A stretch of DNA of 64,000 bases from Opitutia bacterium (GCA_050506795.1 JBJHCF010000008.1:32001-96000); one strand, 5' to 3'; numbered from the stretch's first letter, positions 1 to 9,475 are shown. Notes: generated by a model from the sequence alone, not told the origin. Numbers and translations: made by a program.

Positions 1-2
1 TG

Positions 3-773
3 GAACGTCTGTCTCTGCTGCGAGACGTCGCCGCCGCATCCATCGGCCGGGACAAGGCCAACACCTTGCTCGAACTCTGGCTGCAAATCGACGAAGCCGA
101 ATCCCTCCTGGAAACACTGGACTTCGGCCCGGTGCTGCTGATGGGGTGCGTCCTCACGCGATGGATCAACCGCCCGTTCGTTCCTTTTCCGGAGGAACTG
201 CCCGACGAAGACCTCCGCACCTGGAAGCCGTTTCTGCTTCAGGCGAAAAGCGACGCACAGGCCTTCAATCTGGCGGACATCCAGGCCATGCGCATGTTTG
301 AGGGCTGGGGCTCGCGCCTGATCGTGGAAAATGTGACCGGCCTCGTCCTCCGGAAAATCAACCGAGCGATCTCTCTCGCCGGGGATATCGAAGACACTTC
401 CATGGCAATCCGTCTCCGCGTGCTGCGTTGTTTCATCCGATGCGTTTCCCACGCGGTGGCCTATCAGGCGCAACTCGATCGCATCAAACAAATCGAGACA
501 CCTCCCACTGACAACCCGCCGCTCGGAGCCAGGGGAAGCTGGGAACGCGACGATCTTCAAGGGATCGCGCGGCGGGAAATCTCGAATGCGATCGATTTAA
601 GAGAACTCTGGATCAACTCGACAGAGCCCCTAATCGACATCGCCTCTTCAGCGGAGGAAGAAACCATCACCCAACTCGGCCCGGACCTCCCCGACCAACT
701 CGCGCGGAAAATCGCCATCATGGACTCCGCGTGGGGCGACTACGACCGCCTCTTCACCCCGCCCAACCCTTGA
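3..773 (+). CDS. Hypothetical protein, C-terminal part (runs off the window start)
   Basis: Frame is open from position 3 to TGA at 771-773, with a protein-like composition; no family recognised. Confidence 0.7.
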   Translation, partial: ERLSLLRDVAAASIGRDKANTLLELWLQIDEAESLLETLDFGPVLLMGCVLTRWINRPFVPFPEELPDEDLRTWKPFLLQAKSDAQAFNLADIQAMRMFEGWGSRLIVENVTGLVLRKINRAISLAGDIEDTSMAIRLRVLRCFIRCVSHAVAYQAQLDRIKQIETPPTDNPPLGARGSWERDDLQGIARREISNAIDLRELWINSTEPLIDIASSAEEETITQLGPDLPDQLARKIAIMDSAWGDYDRLFTPPNP

Positions 774-828
774 AGCACCACAAAACGACAAGATTTTTGT
801 CGAAAGAAGTTTTGCATCCGAGTTGTCC

Positions 829-3180
829 TCACAATCCCGATACCCCATCCCCTGCCGAAGCGGTCTGAAACGCTGACAAAGAAGAAATCGTCCTTTCCAT
901 CCACTGAGCGGCAGCGGCCACCGTGTCGCCGGTCAGCCGTCTTTCCTTTCCAGCCAAAAGAGCGCCCAAAAGCAAACCCAGAAATTCGTCCGGTTCCTCC
1001 GCACTACCGTCCTCCGGCCCTCCCACCCGTCGGATCTCCCGAAGCGTCACCGCTTTGCCAACCAGTTTGGGATCCGACGCTTCGATCCGGCTGCCCGCGG
1101 AAGCCTGCTCCCGTATAAGCGAAAACGGTCGATTGCGAAGCTCCACGCGCCAGGGTAATCCGAGCGTCTTGACTTCGCCTGGACGTCCGGCAAGGAGGCA
1201 GATTCCTCCTGCGACAGACCCCTTGGCGAATGCCGAAGGCCACACCCATTGGTCGACGCCATTGCCGTTCTTTTCCGGCAGCCACAATCGGCCCGTCGGC
1301 AACTCACTTCCCTCCTCCGGCATGATTTCAACAATCCCGTGAAGAGGGATTTCCTCGGAAGACCGATGCCCCAGCCGGTGGAGGTGTTCCCCTAAAGCCA
1401 TCAGTACTTCCGAGAGGGAATTGTCGCCGGAGAGAACCTCGTCCTGCGACAACAAAACGTAGCCGTGTCCGAACTGCCGGATATCCAAACTGATTTCCTG
1501 TTCGTCCGGTCCATTCGCCGGCCGGTCCGGCAACGGGACAAAGGCCCTCCGCACCCGGTCCGCCACGGCTTCGGTCGGACAGTTTATCCGGCACACAATC
1601 GAACCAACGGAAAGCCTTACCCCGACCGCGTCGCGCTGCCGAAACGGACCGACACCGGACGGATCGGGTTGTGCCGCCGCTCGGCCGGCACTCAGCATTT
1701 CCTGCGCCGTCCAATCCGCCAGCAAAGACCAGACCTGGTTTCGGAGGACGGAGGGAGCCACTGCTTGGCCCGCATTCTCGTACCCCTCCGTCAAAGCCTC
1801 GACGATTTCTTCCGGCGACTTGCCTTCCGTGGCCATAAACCAGATCCAGGCCGCCGTGTCGTTGAGATCGAGCAAGCGTCCGTCACTCTCCCTATAAAGG
1901 CAAAGCCGCTCGTTTCGCACGACCTCTCCGACGCGATGGCGCCGCAAAGGACGCGCTTCCGGATTAACACCATACAGCCGCTCGGCCACGGCCACATCGG
2001 CGTAGCGGGGAAAAGGGAAACAACTGAGGGAAAAACCGCTGTCCGCGCAGGGAAAAAGTCTCGTGTAACCACCGCGACGCCGTTCTTCCGCCTCCGTCTC
2101 CTTGATCCACCGCTCCGGCAACGAATCTTCGACGTCGGCCCGATCACGGCCCACCGCCGCCAGAGACAACGTGTCCTCAACCAGGGCGCGTTTATTTTCT
2201 TCTTCCTCTTCTCTTCCATGCCCGCGGGAGGCGCACAGGTCCAGGGAAGGGCTGAGATTGCACTCCATCACCCACGGTTTTAAATCGGCGTCGATCATAC
2301 AATCCACCCCGAGCAATTCGTAACACCCGGTCGGGTCTCCCTTGATTTGACGCGTACGCGCCAAAAAAGTCTCGCGCGCGGAAATCAGGAGCAGGGTCAG
2401 CATCTCGCGGATACGGTGAAACAGGGCATCCCCGTCGATTCCTTCAGCGGCCAGCCATTCCTTGTACTTCTGCAAACTCAAAAACGTCACCGGCGATTCC
2501 ACCCCCGAGTTGGCGGCGTTGATGTCCGGATTGGTCAAATGAGCGAACAAATTGTCCCGGTTTTCAGGATCATAAGGCGCCGAAGCCAGCTTCGCCGACC
2601 CTTCGCGGTAAAGATAAACACGCAGGGGCTCGACCGAGGTCACCAGGACATAAAGGCGCAACACGTACTTGTGCCCCTGATACAGGTGGGGACGCCGAAG
2701 GTACTGCTGAACCATCCATTTATCGTCCAAAGGGACCGCCGCCGGGTCCTCGACCAGCGAAATCCCCTTTCCTTTGGAGGCGTTTTTGGGTTTGAGAATC
2801 CACTCGCTTCGGGGGTCGGCAAAAGCGGCCTCCTGCAAGGCACGATAATCTTCGGGCATTTCAAAAACGGGCGGAACGAAATCAAAGCGGGACGCCGATT
2901 CGCCTCCCCACTCGATTCGCGCCCGCTCCCGCGCCGCCCTTACGGTCGACGCCAGCCGACTTTTTATCGTCAGACAGTGATTCCCCGGAATATGGTTCAG
3001 GGTCATGCCCCGCTTCAGCCGATCGAAGAAGGCGGCGGGCGGCATTCCGGTAAACCAGCAATCGGTCCACCGTTTCTCCGTTCCGGGCTTCGCCCCGCCT
3101 TTTAATAAGGCTTCCTTAAAAAACAAGTCCTGGGCGGGCTTCCGCTTGCCGCCGAGGAAGAAGAGTCGCGGTTGGGACAT
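829..3180 (-). CDS. Tubulin-tyrosine-ligase (TTLL) family ATP-grasp enzyme fused to a PqqD/RRE domain and a C-terminal domain
   Basis: TTL motifs WILKP..SKGKGI, VQQY...P.L..GHKYVLRLYVLV, HLTN, YELLGVD...PWVMECNLSPSL; PqqD-like LN.TA.WIW...GKS.EEIVEAL..GY at about 1690-1930; GGAG RBS upstream. Confidence 0.85.
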   Translation of the reverse strand: MSQPRLFFLGGKRKPAQDLFFKEALLKGGAKPGTEKRWTDCWFTGMPPAAFFDRLKRGMTLNHIPGNHCLTIKSRLASTVRAARERARIEWGGESASRFDFVPPVFEMPEDYRALQEAAFADPRSEWILKPKNASKGKGISLVEDPAAVPLDDKWMVQQYLRRPHLYQGHKYVLRLYVLVTSVEPLRVYLYREGSAKLASAPYDPENRDNLFAHLTNPDINAANSGVESPVTFLSLQKYKEWLAAEGIDGDALFHRIREMLTLLLISARETFLARTRQIKGDPTGCYELLGVDCMIDADLKPWVMECNLSPSLDLCASRGHGREEEEENKRALVEDTLSLAAVGRDRADVEDSLPERWIKETEAEERRRGGYTRLFPCADSGFSLSCFPFPRYADVAVAERLYGVNPEARPLRRHRVGEVVRNERLCLYRESDGRLLDLNDTAAWIWFMATEGKSPEEIVEALTEGYENAGQAVAPSVLRNQVWSLLADWTAQEMLSAGRAAAQPDPSGVGPFRQRDAVGVRLSVGSIVCRINCPTEAVADRVRRAFVPLPDRPANGPDEQEISLDIRQFGHGYVLLSQDEVLSGDNSLSEVLMALGEHLHRLGHRSSEEIPLHGIVEIMPEEGSELPTGRLWLPEKNGNGVDQWVWPSAFAKGSVAGGICLLAGRPGEVKTLGLPWRVELRNRPFSLIREQASAGSRIEASDPKLVGKAVTLREIRRVGGPEDGSAEEPDEFLGLLLGALLAGKERRLTGDTVAAAAQWMERTISSLSAFQTASAGDGVSGL

Positions 3181-3197
3181 GCCGAAAGACTCCTCCT

Positions 3198-3551
3198 TTA
3201 ATGAGAGTCTGCTTCGGCTTCCCCCTCAGCTTCGGCCTCTCCTTCGGCTTCCCCCTCGGCTTCCGCTTCCGCCTCGGCTTCTGCTTCTGCTTCGGCTTCC
3301 GCTTCGGCTTCGGCTTCGGCTTCTCCTTCGGCTTCAGCTTCTCCCTCGGCTTCCGCTTCCGCTTCGGCTTCTCCCTCAGCCTCGCCTTCTCCTGCCGCCA
3401 TCACGTAATACCCGCTTTCCGACGTGAAATCGGAAAGAATGGCATGGCCTCCGGCAACGGCCCCAATGGCAATCACCACCGGGGCTGAAAGGGTCACCCC
3501 TTTGGCCACCAGTTTCTGCAGTTCATTTCGCCGTTTTTCTTCTTCAGACAT
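3198..3551 (-). CDS. Glu-Ala/Glu-Gly repeat peptide, putative RiPP precursor
   Basis: 117 aa: 54-aa leader with a hydrophobic stretch, then 30 E[AG] dipeptides and DSH; 12 nt after DoxX and 17 nt before the TTL-RRE gene. Confidence 0.8.
   Translation of the reverse strand: MSEEEKRRNELQKLVAKGVTLSAPVVIAIGAVAGGHAILSDFTSESGYYVMAAGEGEAEGEAEAEAEAEGEAEAEGEAEAEAEAEAEAEAEAEAEAEAEGEAEGEAEAEGEAEADSH
3210..3389. repeat. Coding hexamer tandem repeat (GCTTCG/GCTTCC-like on +) encoding (E[AG])30
   Basis: Imperfect 6-bp periodicity with synonymous codon variation. Confidence 0.9.
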
Positions 3552-3563
3552 AGTAAAAATCGG

Positions 3564-3974
3564 TTAGGAGTTATTGCCGCGGATAAAAAGGTAGCCGGCC
3601 ACAAGCAAAAGGGTCACCTGAAAACCGGCGCCTCCCATCGGGTGCGTGTCGGTGGGCATCATGTGCCATTGCCCCCAATGAACCATCAGGATCGCCCCCA
3701 ACATGACGGGGAAGACCAGAAACGCTCCGATCCGCGTGATCACGCAAAAGGTGAAACCACCGATCAGAATGAGCGCACCGGCGACGATTTCCGTCACCGC
3801 CACCAATCCGGCGATCGCTTCGGGCAAACCGGTGCCCGCCGAAAATTCGGCGATACCGCCACCCAGGAATTTATCGACCCCGTAGTAGAGAAAAATCGAA
3901 GCCAGCGCCACTCGCAGAAGCCAATGGGCGTGGCGATCCAACGGGGTGTCGGGAGCATTTGTTTGAGAAGTCAT
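3564..3974 (-). CDS. DoxX family membrane protein
   Basis: LLRVALASIFLYYG.DKF, E...G..IL.G..TR.GA, MLGAI..VHW and four hydrophobic segments. Confidence 0.85.
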   Translation of the reverse strand: MTSQTNAPDTPLDRHAHWLLRVALASIFLYYGVDKFLGGGIAEFSAGTGLPEAIAGLVAVTEIVAGALILIGGFTFCVITRIGAFLVFPVMLGAILMVHWGQWHMMPTDTHPMGGAGFQVTLLLVAGYLFIRGNNS

Positions 3975-4021
3975 GGGTTATGGTCGTGGTCGTTTGTCTG
4001 GTGTTCGTTCTAAGAATTAAC

Positions 4022-4046
4022 GACGAAAGTATCGGCGGCTTATTCC
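4022..4046 (-). promoter_or_regulatory. ECF-type promoter GGAAT-N16-CGTC for the DoxX-precursor-TTL operon
   Basis: GGAAT aagccgccgatacttt CGTC on the minus strand, about 48 nt upstream of the DoxX ATG. Confidence 0.7.
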
Positions 4047-4091
4047 GGAATATCGAAATTTTCGGAGCGCTCGCCCCGACAAGCTGCTAAT

Positions 4092-4505
4092 TCACGGAGA
4101 TTCGTCATTCCCGTCGCCGCGGGCGAACATACAGCGAATGAACTCAATTTGATGCCGGCGAAGAAGAAGAATCAGGGCGGCCGCGCACCAATTAGTGGCA
4201 GCGGCAACAGTCATGGGCAGCATCGGACCCGTCAGACCGAGTTCGGTCAGGTGGGCGATGAGGGCGCCGCTCATCACCCCCCAAGTCAGTATCGCCCCCC
4301 AAGGCGCACTGTAAGGGATGAGAAGCAGGACCGCGGCGGCAAGCTCAAGCACGGCAATGAGGTAACGGCCCCCCGGCTCCATGCCTAGCGTTTCGAAAAC
4401 CGCGATGGATTCAGCGTGGCCCGTGAGCTTGGCGGCGGCGGAAGCCCCGAGGATAATGGCCGCCATGATTTGGAGAATCCACGCGCTGAAGATACGGAGT
4501 TTCAT
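4092..4505 (-). CDS. DoxX-like family membrane protein
   Basis: KLTG..ES...F..LG.EP.GRY...V.EL, MSGAL..HL..LG. Confidence 0.8.
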   Translation of the reverse strand: MKLRIFSAWILQIMAAIILGASAAAKLTGHAESIAVFETLGMEPGGRYLIAVLELAAAVLLLIPYSAPWGAILTWGVMSGALIAHLTELGLTGPMLPMTVAAATNWCAAALILLLRRHQIEFIRCMFARGDGNDESP

Positions 4506-4511
4506 GGAAGC

Positions 4512-6065
4512 TTAGCGTTTTAGCGTTTCGCGGAGGTCGGGCCGCTCGGCAACCATGCGCCAGAGGTTGCTCCCGGTGGGAATGTAGAGGTCGTCGACGG
4601 TCAGTTCACTCGGGCAGACTTTCCCCATGGCGATGGTGAGTTCCTCCAGTTCGTGGCAGGTGTTGTCGATATAGTTCTTGACCCGTACCGCCTTGGCCTC
4701 TGGAACGAGACCGGCCTGAAGTCTCGGGTCCTGGGTTGTAATTCCGACCGGACAGGTGTTGTTGCCACACTCGCGGGCCTGGATACAACCGAGTGCGAAC
4801 ATGAAACCGCGGGCCGTGTAGCAGGCGTCGGCTCCGAGGGCGAAGGCGATGCACTGGCGGCCGGCCTCGACGAGTTTTCCGGCGGCGAAGACGTGCGTTC
4901 GGTCGCGCACCTCTTCACTCTTCAGGATCTGCACGAGGCCGTGAAGAGCGGGAAAGAGCGGCAGGCCGATACGGTCCAGAAAGGCGCTCGGTGCCGCCCC
5001 GGTGCCGCCCTCCCCACCATCAATCGCGATCGAGTCGGGAAAGACGTCCTGCCGCTTCATTTCCACGACCAACGCGTGCAATTCGTCGAATGAGCCGACG
5101 CAGAGTTTGATTCCCACCGGTAGGGCGACCAGCGACTGAACATGACCGATGAACCGGACGGTGGAGGGAAGGTCGACGCACTCGGAGTGATAAGGCGGAG
5201 AAATGATGTCCTCCCCCATCGGAACCTTCCGCAACTCCGCGATTTCCGGGGTGATTTTTTCCTTCGGCAGGAGGCCGCCCTTGCCCGGCTTGGCGCCTTG
5301 GGAAAACTTGATTTCGATCATTTTGACCTGGGGCTTGTCGGCCACTTCGCGGAGTAAGTCGGGGTCGAGCGCGCCGCTTTCGGTGCGAACACCGAACTTG
5401 GCGGTCCCTATCTGGAAAGTCAGATCGGCTTCCTCCATCAGGTGGTACTTCGGGTAACCGCCCTCGCCGGTGTTCATGGTGACCCCGGCCATCGCGGCCC
5501 CCCGCGCCAGGGCGCGGACGGCGTTTTCTCCGAGCGCACCGTAGCTCATGGCACTAATCATCAGCGGACGGGTCAGAGTGTGCGGCCGTTCCACCCCGCG
5601 ACTCTCGCCCAGCGTGAGCCGGAACGGCCGGGCCGCCTCCTTGTGGGTTGGGAACATGGAGTGGCGCAGCTTGATTTCGGTCGCGTCGTAGTCGAGCAAA
5701 CTTCCGAAGGAGGCGGCGGATTCGACGTTCTTGGCCTTGCGGTAGAGGTTGGTCCGTTCCAGGCGATTGAAGGGACGCTCTTCGCGGTCGTTGTTGAAGA
5801 GATACTGGCGAAGTTCCGGGCCCAGGCTTTCAATCAGGTAACGGCCCTGCCCGATGAGACCGAAGTTGCGCAGGAGGGTGTGTTCGCTCTGAACGTAACG
5901 GTAGAAGAGGTTGACAATCAGGAAAAAAAGCGCGGCGACCGTAGCGAAGTGAAAGTAAAAGGAGATCGTGCTGCCAAGCGCGAAAAAGAATGCCGGCAAG
6001 ACAAACAGGGCCGCATTCGTAAACCGAGCCAGCTTATGGAGATCGACGCGAAGTGCTTGTGGCAT
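4512..6065 (-). CDS. FMN-binding glutamate synthase family protein (stand-alone FMN domain with N-terminal TM helices)
   Basis: ISAMSYGAL, NTGEGG, EIKFSQGAKPGKGG.LP..K, DGGEGGTGAAP and the 3Fe-4S motif CIQARECGNNTCPVGI. Confidence 0.9.
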   Translation of the reverse strand: MPQALRVDLHKLARFTNAALFVLPAFFFALGSTISFYFHFATVAALFFLIVNLFYRYVQSEHTLLRNFGLIGQGRYLIESLGPELRQYLFNNDREERPFNRLERTNLYRKAKNVESAASFGSLLDYDATEIKLRHSMFPTHKEAARPFRLTLGESRGVERPHTLTRPLMISAMSYGALGENAVRALARGAAMAGVTMNTGEGGYPKYHLMEEADLTFQIGTAKFGVRTESGALDPDLLREVADKPQVKMIEIKFSQGAKPGKGGLLPKEKITPEIAELRKVPMGEDIISPPYHSECVDLPSTVRFIGHVQSLVALPVGIKLCVGSFDELHALVVEMKRQDVFPDSIAIDGGEGGTGAAPSAFLDRIGLPLFPALHGLVQILKSEEVRDRTHVFAAGKLVEAGRQCIAFALGADACYTARGFMFALGCIQARECGNNTCPVGITTQDPRLQAGLVPEAKAVRVKNYIDNTCHELEELTIAMGKVCPSELTVDDLYIPTGSNLWRMVAERPDLRETLKR

Positions 6066-6086
6066 GGCGATTGAATGAGGCCGGTT

Positions 6087-7256
6087 TCAAGTGCGGGCGG
6101 CTTCGGTGACCGCGCGTGCGACGCGACGCGGGACCTCTTCATCGAGAGCCGACGGCAGGATCCGCTCCGGGTCCGGCTCCGGGATGCTCCGGGCGATCGC
6201 CTCGGCGGCGGCCGCTTTCATCGCGTCCGTTATGCGCGGTGCGCGCGCATCCAGGGCGCCGCGAAAAATGCCGGGAAAGACCAGTACGTTGTTGACCTGG
6301 TTGGGGAAATCACCACGGCCGGTGGCGACCACCGACGCGCCGCCGGCCCGGGCCTCGTCGGGGAGTATCTCCGGATCCGGGTTGGCCAGGGCGAAAATGA
6401 TCGGGTCCGACGCCATGCGGCGAATATCCGCCGCCGTGAGCAATCCCCCGCGGCTGACTCCGACGAAGACGTCGGCTCCCTCGAGCATGGATTTGAGGCC
6501 ACCCGCTCGATCCTCGGGATTGCTGTATTCGAGCACGGCTTGTTTCACCGGGCCGAGGTCGTCGCGGCCGGAGTGGAGCGCCCCCTTGGAATCACAGACC
6601 ACCACTTCGCCCACCGTATCACAAACCCCGGAGACCTGATCGACACAACGGAGCAAACGCACAATGGCGCGCCCGGCCGCGCCCGCGCCGGAAATGACAA
6701 TCCGCAAATCGGAAAACTTTTTCCCGGCCACTCGGGCGGCGTTAATCAATCCCGCCAGCAAGACCACGGCGGTGCCGTGCTGATCGTCATGCATGACGGG
6801 AATACCGAGATCCTGGAGCCGGTCTTCGATTTCGAAGCAGCGGGGAGCGGAAATATCTTCGAGATTCACGCCGGCGAATCCGGGCGCCAACGCGCGCACC
6901 GCAGCCACCACGGCATCGGGCTCGCGAACGTCGAGGCAGATCGGCCAGGCGTCGATGCCGGCAAGTTTTTTGAAGAGAGCCGCCTTCCCCTCCATTACGG
7001 GCATGGCGGCGGCGGAACCGATATCGCCGAGTCCGAGCACGGCTGAACCATCGGTAACCACGGCCACGGCGTTGCCCGCCACAGTCAAATCGCGCCGGGC
7101 AGACCGATCGTCCCGGATCGCCCGGCACACCGCGGCCACACCGGGAGTGTAGGCGCGACTCAAATCCTCGAGATCCTCGAGGGGAACCTTCAACGCGAGT
7201 TCGATCTTGCCGCGACAGGCACGATGCAGTTCCAGGCTTTCGCGGTCAATTGTCAT
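6087..7256 (-). CDS. NAD(P)-dependent malic enzyme
   Basis: AYTPGVA, TDGSAVLGLG, VMEGKA.LFK, NLEDI, HDDQHGTA, GAGAAG, LANPDPEI, NQVNN; start set at ATG 7256. Confidence 0.92.
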   Translation of the reverse strand: MTIDRESLELHRACRGKIELALKVPLEDLEDLSRAYTPGVAAVCRAIRDDRSARRDLTVAGNAVAVVTDGSAVLGLGDIGSAAAMPVMEGKAALFKKLAGIDAWPICLDVREPDAVVAAVRALAPGFAGVNLEDISAPRCFEIEDRLQDLGIPVMHDDQHGTAVVLLAGLINAARVAGKKFSDLRIVISGAGAAGRAIVRLLRCVDQVSGVCDTVGEVVVCDSKGALHSGRDDLGPVKQAVLEYSNPEDRAGGLKSMLEGADVFVGVSRGGLLTAADIRRMASDPIIFALANPDPEILPDEARAGGASVVATGRGDFPNQVNNVLVFPGIFRGALDARAPRITDAMKAAAAEAIARSIPEPDPERILPSALDEEVPRRVARAVTEAART

Positions 7257-7272
7257 AAGGCATGCATTTCTG

Positions 7273-7297
7273 GACGCACCGGTCGGCGTTTTATTCC
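7273..7297 (-). promoter_or_regulatory. ECF-type promoter GGAAT-N16-CGTC (malic enzyme / glutamate synthase / DoxX)
   Basis: GGAAT aaaacgccgaccggtg CGTC. Confidence 0.7.
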
Positions 7298-7377
7298 GTC
7301 CCCCAACTCTTGTCCGCGCAAATCCGGGAAAGCTTTGACACGGCATCCCGGCCTGCCGGTACGATTCGCAGATCGGG

Positions 7378-7402
7378 GGAATATATGGGTGTTGGGCACG
7401 TC
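7378..7402 (+). promoter_or_regulatory. ECF-type promoter GGAAT-N16-CGTC (hydrolase-OsmC)
   Basis: GGAAT atatgggtgttgggca CGTC. Confidence 0.7.
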
Positions 7403-7435
7403 ATGGCAGGAGCGGTATCACAAAAGGATCAAACC

Positions 7436-8632
7436 ATGGGAAAACGGATACATTTTAAAAGTCGTCAGGGACATCAATTGATCGGTGATGTCGAATTGCC
7501 GCCCGGTGGCGACTACCAGGCGACCGCACTTTTCGCACACTGCTTTACCTGCAATCGCAATATCAAAGCAGCCCGCGATATCACTCGATCGCTCGCGAAA
7601 GCCGGATTCGCCGTGTTGCGTTTTGATTTTACCGGACTCGGACAGAGCGAGGGCGATTTCAGTGATACGACATTTTCCTCGAATCTCGACGACCTCGAAG
7701 ACGCCGCCGGCTGGATGCTCGATAACCTGGCGGCGCCTCAGTTGCTCGTGGGTCATTCTTTGGGCGGAACGGCGGTTTTGGCGGTCGCGGAACGCCTCGA
7801 CTCCGTGCGGGCGGTAGCGTCCATCGGCGCCCCATTGCGACCGGATCACGTCCTCAAGCAGTTTGGCGATCAAATCGAAGAAATTGATAATACCGGTTCC
7901 GCGGAAGTCGATTTGGCGGGCCGGCCCTTTCAGGTCCGTCGGGACTTTATCGAAGACGCGCGCCACCACCCGATGGAGGAGCGCCTGGGACGGCTGGGCC
8001 GGGCCCTGCTGGTGCTCCATTCGCCGGTGGACCAGACGGTCTCTGTGGATCAGGCGCAAGGGATCTTCACCGCCGCCAGGCACCCGAAGAGTTATGTGAG
8101 CCTCGACGACGCCGACCACCTGCTCTCAAACGCGGCGGATTCCCGCTATGCGGGCTCGGTCATCGCCTCGTGGGCGGCACGATTTCTCGAGGTCGACGAG
8201 CCGGAAGCCGTCGAGGACGTACACGTATCCGGAACGACCGCGGACGGATTCCTTTGCCGGATTCGAAGCGGCGTTCACCGTCTGGTGGGCGATGAACCCG
8301 AATCGGTCGGGGGCGTGGACGAAGGTCCGACTCCTTACGATTTTCTGTCCGCCGCCCTGGGAGCTTGCACCGTGATGACCCTCAACATGTATGCCCGCCA
8401 CAAAGGCTTGCCGGTAGAGCGCGTCGACTGTCGGGTCCGACACGAAAAGACACACGCCGAGGATTGCGACAACTGCGAAAGCAACTCGGAAAAGCTCGAC
8501 ACATTTCAGCGCAAAATCCACATCGAAGGCGATCTGAACCAGGCACAGCGAGACAGAATGCTTGAAATCGCGAATCGCTGCCCTGTGCACAAGACGTTGT
8601 CGGGGAACATCCGAATCAAGACTAAGGAATAA
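7436..8632 (+). CDS. Bifunctional alpha/beta hydrolase / OsmC family protein
   Basis: FAHCFTC, RFDFTGLG.S.G, GHSLGG, ADHLL; OsmC part DEP...GG...GP.P..L.AALG.C and IANRCPVH. Confidence 0.92.
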   Translation: MGKRIHFKSRQGHQLIGDVELPPGGDYQATALFAHCFTCNRNIKAARDITRSLAKAGFAVLRFDFTGLGQSEGDFSDTTFSSNLDDLEDAAGWMLDNLAAPQLLVGHSLGGTAVLAVAERLDSVRAVASIGAPLRPDHVLKQFGDQIEEIDNTGSAEVDLAGRPFQVRRDFIEDARHHPMEERLGRLGRALLVLHSPVDQTVSVDQAQGIFTAARHPKSYVSLDDADHLLSNAADSRYAGSVIASWAARFLEVDEPEAVEDVHVSGTTADGFLCRIRSGVHRLVGDEPESVGGVDEGPTPYDFLSAALGACTVMTLNMYARHKGLPVERVDCRVRHEKTHAEDCDNCESNSEKLDTFQRKIHIEGDLNQAQRDRMLEIANRCPVHKTLSGNIRIKTKE

Positions 8633-8713
8633 CAAGCGGGCTCCGCAGCCTCGGGATTCGAAATATTCGAGAATCGAATCACGCCGGCACAAGAGAAGTG
8701 GCGACAACGTTTT

Positions 8714-9475
8714 TCATTCGGAAACGATTCTTATGAAGTCGATCGCCGCCGCGGTCGATTGGCCGGTATCGTCGGAGTCGGTCATAATTGCGATTCGTGC
8801 CGTTTCCGGCGGGTCCTCCCCAAAGAACCGTTCGTAGTCCTCCAGAATATGAATGGATTCCTCCCGCCATTCGCCCAACGGAGTGTCTTCCCCGCGCAGG
8901 ACAAACATCCCGACCCGGTCGGTGTAGGGACTCGGATAGTTGTCTTCTTCGACCGAAACCGCCGTCCACACGTAAGTCAGTCCGGAATGCGGCGGGAATT
9001 CTCCCCGGAGCGCCCGATACGCACGGTACCGGATCCGTGTTCCGAGATCGAGACCCTGCCGTTCGTACTCAAAGAATACGTACAAGCGCGCCGGATAGTC
9101 ATCGCCATCCCGCCGGAGGTGATCGACCCCCTCGATCGCCTTATCCACCCTCCACCGCCATTCGACGACCGGATAATCGCGGACGCGGAAGGGTTCCTTG
9201 AGAACGATTCCCGACCCTCCTCCATCACTCGTCATCAGAAGGAAGGGATTCCCCTCGTCATCCTCCTCGACGGCGTACACCGACTCGCGCGGGACCGCCG
9301 GAAAGGTGTGCGGTTCCCACCGGTCCAAATCGGCAAATGTCTCCTCCAGGCATACCTCGCGGCCGGAGGTTGCCACGGCGGCCGCCGCCAAGCCGAGAAA
9401 CCATAACAGGGCCGCACTGCGGAAACCCCACGCGAATCTCTCGCGCTCATTGAACAACCTAAAGCAACACACCAA
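8714..9475 (-). CDS. DUF3047 domain protein (start uncertain)
   Basis: W.W.V, GDDYPARLYV.F, L.YVW, IAIMTDSDDTG. Confidence 0.8.
   Translation of the reverse strand: MVCCFRLFNERERFAWGFRSAALLWFLGLAAAAVATSGREVCLEETFADLDRWEPHTFPAVPRESVYAVEEDDEGNPFLLMTSDGGGSGIVLKEPFRVRDYPVVEWRWRVDKAIEGVDHLRRDGDDYPARLYVFFEYERQGLDLGTRIRYRAYRALRGEFPPHSGLTYVWTAVSVEEDNYPSPYTDRVGMFVLRGEDTPLGEWREESIHILEDYERFFGEDPPETARIAIMTDSDDTGQSTAAAIDFIRIVSE

Noticed and set aside
3210..3389. Tandem repeat as a CRISPR array or non-coding microsatellite
   Set aside because: 6-bp period, no spacers, in frame within an ORF with synonymous variation, and no cas genes
829..3551. Classical graspetide (microviridin-type) or PQQ cluster
   Set aside because: The enzyme has TTL rather than RimK-like motifs, the repeat core has no Thr/Lys (and only one terminal Ser) for macrocyclisation, and no pqqBCE genes are present
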